DNA of 63,785 bases, the filler included, from Ministeria vibrans ATCC 50519 (Eukaryota; Protista; Filasterea), in NCBI GenBank assembly GCA_943704425.1. It is 4 parts of 4 records of this genome, joined end to end, with 100 filler letters (N's around TTAATTAATTAA, not from the genome) between each part and the next. Parts side by side here need not be neighbours in the genome. Positions count along the whole stretch, not along the records: positions 53,768 to 63,785 come from CALSCP010000328.1; 3 more parts are not named here. One strand, 5' to 3'. The notes under the pieces are model-generated. The model saw only the letters and a list, made by a program, of their open reading frames with translations, was not told the origin of the DNA and ran no database searches. Position 1 is the stretch's first letter. Each line of letters starts with the position of its first letter. A program made the position numbers and the translations under genes. Shown one piece after another: positions 59,238 through 63,785 of the stretch.

Positions 59238-61469
59238 ATGGGCAAAGAACAATTTATTTTACTTATTTACGTTCGTGAATACGGCATTCTCTGGTTCATA
59301 TCCAGCGGAATGGCACTCTTTTGCAATGGCGCACAAGAGTGCCCCCTGGCCGGCAGCAACTATGCTCTAGTGATCGGCCGAACCTTTTTCTCCGACACCA
59401 CCCCTCAGCTAAACGCCCTTCCAGGCGTCGCGCTGACCGTCCGCAACATGGCCGTCGATCTTGTTTCGAACGGATTCAACACAGTGGTGCTCGCAGACAC
59501 GCCTATGGCGCTGACGAAGCCCGCTTTCGACGAAGCGCTTCTCGAAGAACACTACGCGACGCAAGCAACCAACGCCAAGCAGAGGAAAGACCTGCGCTGG
59601 TTCCAGGCGGAGGCGACGAGAGGCTCTATCCAGGAAGCCCTTGACCTTCTTTCCGCCATGGTCACTGGCCATTCCATCCGCTCAGCAGACCAACTGCTTG
59701 TTTACATTTGCACCCACGGCGTCCGCAACGCCTGCGATCAATCGTACGGCGCAACACTCGCCGATGTTCGGTGCACGAAGACGAGCGCCAAGGATGCGAA
59801 TGGCAACGATCTTCCTGCGACGTTCGAGGGCGCCTACACGATGGAGCAGCTGCGCGAGGACTTGGGCGTCAACACAACACGACTGTGGCGCAACATCCTT
59901 GTTGTCCTCGACACATGCTCCTCCGCCGATGCGTTTGGCGCAACCGACGTGTCCAAACATGCACGAGGCATAACTGTGACACCAGAGATGGAAGAATTTA
60001 AACAACACGAGTCCTACCAATGTCTAGCGGCTGCGCCTTGTCGCAGTGCCGCCTTTTGCTTCGATCACGGCACTGCGCTACATACGGCGCTGCGACGCGC
60101 ATGGCTGTCAAGTGACGAAGATGGTGGGGCATTTTCACGCGGCCGAGAGGGCACAGCACAATGGGCGACTATTGCGTGCGTGGCAGACCGTGTCAGTGTG
60201 GAACTGGCTACGCTGATGAAGGAGGCACAGCAGCGGTTGCCCGACGATCAGAGACGGCCCGACGATAACTACGTACTCCGACAGTCTTGTCTGCTCGGTC
60301 GACTTTCATGGCGCAAGTCTGACAACACCGGCGAATTTTTGGCGTTTAACAAGAGGTACACGGAGCGCAACAAGCTGGCGATGGTACCTCCTGCGCTGGC
60401 AAGTTTCACTGGCCGCGTCAAAGAGCTGGAGGATTTGAAGAATCTACTGCACCCATCGAGTGAGACTGCGAATCTGACCGTGCGCGTGTCTGCTGCGGGC
60501 GGAGTAGGGAAAAGCGCACTGGCGGCGGAGTATGCACGACAGAACGAACACAAGTACCACTGTATCCTGTGGGTGCACGGTGCGAATGCGAAGACGATGA
60601 TCGGGTCGTATCGAGAGGCAGTCAAGCTCGAGTACATTCAACTTGCAGATGTGGATGCTGAGACTGCAAAAAACAAGGAGGTGGTGGCAGCCGTGAAGAA
60701 GTGGTTGGCGCTGGAGCAAGGATGGTTGATGGTGGTGGATGGTTGTGATAACATCACAGAGGAGATGGAGAAGATGATGCCTTGTGGAGTGGTGAAGGGG
60801 AAGATGATTGTGACGACGCGACTGCAGGAAGGCCCGTTGTTTAATAGGGAAAATGCGCCGCTCCGGTTGGGTCTGTTTAAGGAGGACGAAGCAAAGTCGT
60901 ACATGATGACGCGATTGCACAATCGAACGCACGAAAAAGAGGAGCTGATGAAGATTGTGGAGAAACTGGGCGGGATGCCATTGGCACTAGAGTTGGCGGC
61001 AGCGTATCTGGCAAAAATGCCAGCTACAAGCGCTAAAGTATATCTTGAACGGCTAGAAAGAGATGTCATTGAGGCGTTGAAGGAAAATGGAGGGGGAGGG
61101 GGACAAGATTTGAAGGATCGAGTTGTGGCGACGTACAAGCCAAGCATCGCACTGGCGATGAAGAAGGGAGGCGAGGCGATAGTTCGGAAGATGGTTGGAG
61201 TGATGGGATTCTTGGAAGGGAGCGCCATAGAGGTGGAAGTACTGCGTTGGCTGGTGATGGGCCAGAGAAACAAGGAGAAGGAGGAGGAGGATGCGTTTGA
61301 TGTTGCCCTTGGTGAGTTGTGTCAACTCTCGGTGGTGGATGTGAATCGAAATGTGGTGTCTCTGCATTTGTTGGTGCAAGATGTTTTTCTTTTGCTCGCT
61401 TTCAAGGATGCGGAGGAGCGTGCGAGGAGTCGAGCCGAACTACTGTGCGTCGTCTGGTGCGCGATGTAG
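59238..61469 (+). CDS. Intronless NLR-like protein: C14 caspase/metacaspase-type protease + NB-ARC (STAND) ATPase + winged helix; no repeat sensor seen (start may be ATG 59310)
   Basis: Protease: NYALVIG, LLVYICTHG, LVVLDTCSS (His-Cys dyad). ATPase: FTGRVKELEDL, AAGGVGKSALAAEY (Walker A), WLMVVDG (Walker B), MIVTTR, LGGMPLALELAAAY (GxP), LHLLVQDV (MHD-like). Confidence 0.85.
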   Translation: MGKEQFILLIYVREYGILWFISSGMALFCNGAQECPLAGSNYALVIGRTFFSDTTPQLNALPGVALTVRNMAVDLVSNGFNTVVLADTPMALTKPAFDEALLEEHYATQATNAKQRKDLRWFQAEATRGSIQEALDLLSAMVTGHSIRSADQLLVYICTHGVRNACDQSYGATLADVRCTKTSAKDANGNDLPATFEGAYTMEQLREDLGVNTTRLWRNILVVLDTCSSADAFGATDVSKHARGITVTPEMEEFKQHESYQCLAAAPCRSAAFCFDHGTALHTALRRAWLSSDEDGGAFSRGREGTAQWATIACVADRVSVELATLMKEAQQRLPDDQRRPDDNYVLRQSCLLGRLSWRKSDNTGEFLAFNKRYTERNKLAMVPPALASFTGRVKELEDLKNLLHPSSETANLTVRVSAAGGVGKSALAAEYARQNEHKYHCILWVHGANAKTMIGSYREAVKLEYIQLADVDAETAKNKEVVAAVKKWLALEQGWLMVVDGCDNITEEMEKMMPCGVVKGKMIVTTRLQEGPLFNRENAPLRLGLFKEDEAKSYMMTRLHNRTHEKEELMKIVEKLGGMPLALELAAAYLAKMPATSAKVYLERLERDVIEALKENGGGGGQDLKDRVVATYKPSIALAMKKGGEAIVRKMVGVMGFLEGSAIEVEVLRWLVMGQRNKEKEEEDAFDVALGELCQLSVVDVNRNVVSLHLLVQDVFLLLAFKDAEERARSRAELLCVVWCAM

Positions 61470-61839
61470 CAGTGTCGCTGTTTGGCAAAGACAACCTCGA
61501 AAGCATTCAAGAGCATCTCGCGCGGTATGCATGCGACATAGCTAGCTGTCGTGACGACAATATTTAGAGGTTTAAGGAACAATAAACATTGATTTGATTT
61601 CGATTTGATAGTGACTAACGTACAATGTATATTCTTCCTCCCCACGCATTCTTGTGTTGACAGTGGGTTTGAGTTGTTTGGTGTTGTTGCTTTTCGTATT
61701 TGTTAGTTTGTGTGAGAGATGGGTACCCTGGGTCGAATTTGCATGGGTCTTCTCAGTCATCAAGGCTGTTATTGACATAATCATGACTGAGAATCATTAT
61801 TTTGTTGGCTTGTATCAATAAAGTTTGATTAATTTCTTG

Positions 61840-63240
61840 TTAGTTTGTGTATCGGGCGAGATACAACGCCAAGGCACCCATGGTGCCAAGGAAAGAGCCG
61901 GCACACATGGACGAAAAGGTCCACTGGCCAATGAGACTTCGTGCGCGCGTATGGGAAAGAGGAAAGAGGGCGGGTGACATGGCGAAGCAACAGCAGGCAA
62001 AGAAGCCGTGGTAGACAGGCAAGAGGAAGGTGAGTGTGTAGGCAAAGGCATTTGAGGTGAGTAGCGATGGGTTCACATGGGTGTTAGTGCTTTGCGACGC
62101 CCACAGCGCCACGAGGAAGAGCGGCAAGAAGACCACGAGCTCGATGGCCAGCACCACCATAAATAGGTATTGATTTTTGGCGTTGAATGGCATCCAGAGA
62201 CGCGGCAGAAACTTGCCTAAGGCATCGCCAGTGTTGAACATGGCCAGTGCAATAACAGGAAACCAACCAGTGCTTGCCGAACCGTGAAGCACGGAAATGA
62301 CGCCCGGATACAGAAAGTTGCAGAGCGCAATGTCAATAAAAATGTACACAAGAGGAATACGAGCGCGTCGCAGCACGTCACCTGTTGTCATTCCGTTTTC
62401 TTCGCCATGATCAGCCTGCTCTTGCAATTGGGCATTGTCAGCGTCAAACGAGCCATTTGCCTGTCCTTCAAGCAGCCCCGATTGTTCCGTTTGGTCTACA
62501 GCATTGATTGCGAGAGAGTTCGTCTCGTCGCACGACGCCTCGTCTTCGACCTGCCTTGCGAGAGTGGGACCGTCGCTTGCAAACTCTTTGTAGGAATAAA
62601 AGACAGAAAAAGCAATGGGAATCATGGAGACGGTGTAGTAAGTGGCGGCGTCCGTGGCAAAATTGGTGACGGCCGCTTTGAAGATGACCCGCAAAATCGC
62701 CACCACAAGCGCCGAAAGAACTCCGCCCGACTGAACGGCTTGCGACAAATTCCAAGTCGATGGGTACTGAGCGGCGCGAGCATACAACGCCGAGAGAGAC
62801 GTAGCGATGGCAAGGGAGAGGAAGAAGAAAAGGACCGTCATGACGGCCATGGTGGCGCGGACGCTCACGTGGGCGTTGTCGTGCATGCCGATAAGCGCCG
62901 AAATGAACGCAATGCAGAGAGACAGCTCGCTCACGAACGATGGCGTTGAGGCATTTCGAAGTTTGGCTGTCAGTTGAAACAGAGGGATGGCCATCACGTT
63001 GGCAATGCCATTGGCTAATGGAAAACGAAGAAAATAAAAATGGACGAAAGTTGCAGTTTTGTTGCTTTGGTCGAAAAAGGTTTTTTTTTCCTGACCGGCT
63101 GTGATGAAAAAGACTGGATTAGATTCTTGGTCAACGCTCCAGTTGAGAAAGTCCACTGAAGTATTGATGGCCCAAAAGGGAGCCTGTGCAGCAAAGCCCA
63201 AGAGAAGAAATTGAAAGTATTTTGCTGTGCGGAGAAGCAT
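61840..63240 (-). CDS. Equilibrative nucleoside transporter (SLC29/ENT); probable in-frame intron 63015-63095
   Basis: LLLG...APFWAINTSVDF, SQAVQSGGVLSAL..ILRVI.KA, LYPGV, WFPVIAL.MFNTGDALGK; about 11 TM helices. Confidence 0.85.
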   Translation of the reverse strand: MLLRTAKYFQFLLLGFAAQAPFWAINTSVDFLNWSVDQESNPVFFITAGQEKKTFFDQSNKTATFVHFYFLRFPLANGIANVMAIPLFQLTAKLRNASTPSFVSELSLCIAFISALIGMHDNAHVSVRATMAVMTVLFFFLSLAIATSLSALYARAAQYPSTWNLSQAVQSGGVLSALVVAILRVIFKAAVTNFATDAATYYTVSMIPIAFSVFYSYKEFASDGPTLARQVEDEASCDETNSLAINAVDQTEQSGLLEGQANGSFDADNAQLQEQADHGEENGMTTGDVLRRARIPLVYIFIDIALCNFLYPGVISVLHGSASTGWFPVIALAMFNTGDALGKFLPRLWMPFNAKNQYLFMVVLAIELVVFLPLFLVALWASQSTNTHVNPSLLTSNAFAYTLTFLLPVYHGFFACCCFAMSPALFPLSHTRARSLIGQWTFSSMCAGSFLGTMGALALYLARYTN

Positions 63241-63643
63241 TATTGTTTCAGTTTAAGATTTGCGGACTCTACTGGACGGTTGATGGTCGGCTCCGGTTGC
63301 TTGTGCTGCACTCACAGCTGCAGCAGAGAACAACAAAAGTGGAAAACAAAAGGGGGGCAGTCTGATATCAGTAGGAAGAAAAAATGAGATCAAATTGAAA
63401 AAATAGTAATGAATAGATTAATAATTGTTTAGAACAGAAGTCATAAAGATTATAATAATAAGGTGCTATGTATAATATATTTATTGGAAAAGTGACAGAT
63501 GAGAAAAAGCAGGACAGAGAGTCACCAGTCCATTTCAAGAGACGCCTTTTGGAAGACATACTCAACATCGCCCGAATGCAGAACACCACTCTAGAAACAA
63601 AAGAGGCAGACAGGGCAGTGAGAGGAAGGTAAAAAGAAAAGAA

Positions 63644-63785
63644 AAGAGAGAGAGAGAGAGAGAGAGAGAGGAGGGGGAGAAAGAAACAAAGTGATAGAAA
63701 GAGAGAGAGTGAGAGAGGAGGGGAAAAAGAAACAAAGTGATAGAAAGAGAGAGAGTGAGAGAGGAGGGGAAAAAGAAACAAAGTG
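63644..63785. repeat. (GA)n with GAAACAAAGTGATA units (~47-nt higher-order repeat)
   Basis: Three visible copies of gaggagggg(g/a)..aaagaaacaaagtg(atagaaagagagag); the last is cut by the window end. Confidence 0.85.

Noticed and set aside
63525-63590. Minus-strand exon SGVLHSGDVEYVFQ resembling a carboxylesterase His motif
   Set aside because: Too short, and the following sequence does not continue the fold. It may be the tail of a gene beyond the window but cannot be assigned.

Overview
Eukaryotic, gene-dense DNA with short GT-AG introns and many (GA/CT)n and poly-A/T tracts. It is probably a unicellular flagellated holozoan such as a choanoflagellate. That is inferred from a Myc-type bHLH-ZIP, ROPN1L and CEP295-like genes and a Tyr-motif-rich scaffold. 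The window is not contiguous: three 100-nt N-TTAATTAATTAA-N linkers join four contigs (1-15833, 15934-46877, 46978-53667, 53768-63785). About 26 protein-coding genes are recognisable, mostly housekeeping (ERGIC3, BLOC1S1, INTS11, PLK, NMNAT, eIF2-gamma, ALKBH1, OATP, cathepsin L, ECHS1, ENT). Four features stand out. (1) A receptor with a beta-helix ectodomain, a class-C-type 7TM and two TIR domains, both retaining the catalytic Glu. (2) An intronless caspase-family protease fused to an NB-ARC/STAND ATPase, i.e. an NLR-like protein with no visible sensor repeats. (3) A multi-FAS1 membrane protein whose two halves splice in frame across about 5 kb containing other genes, which is either gene nesting or a poly-A misassembly. 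(4) An intronless epimerase + double glycosyltransferase fusion. All family assignments come from motifs recognised by eye, not database searches, and exon boundaries are approximate.
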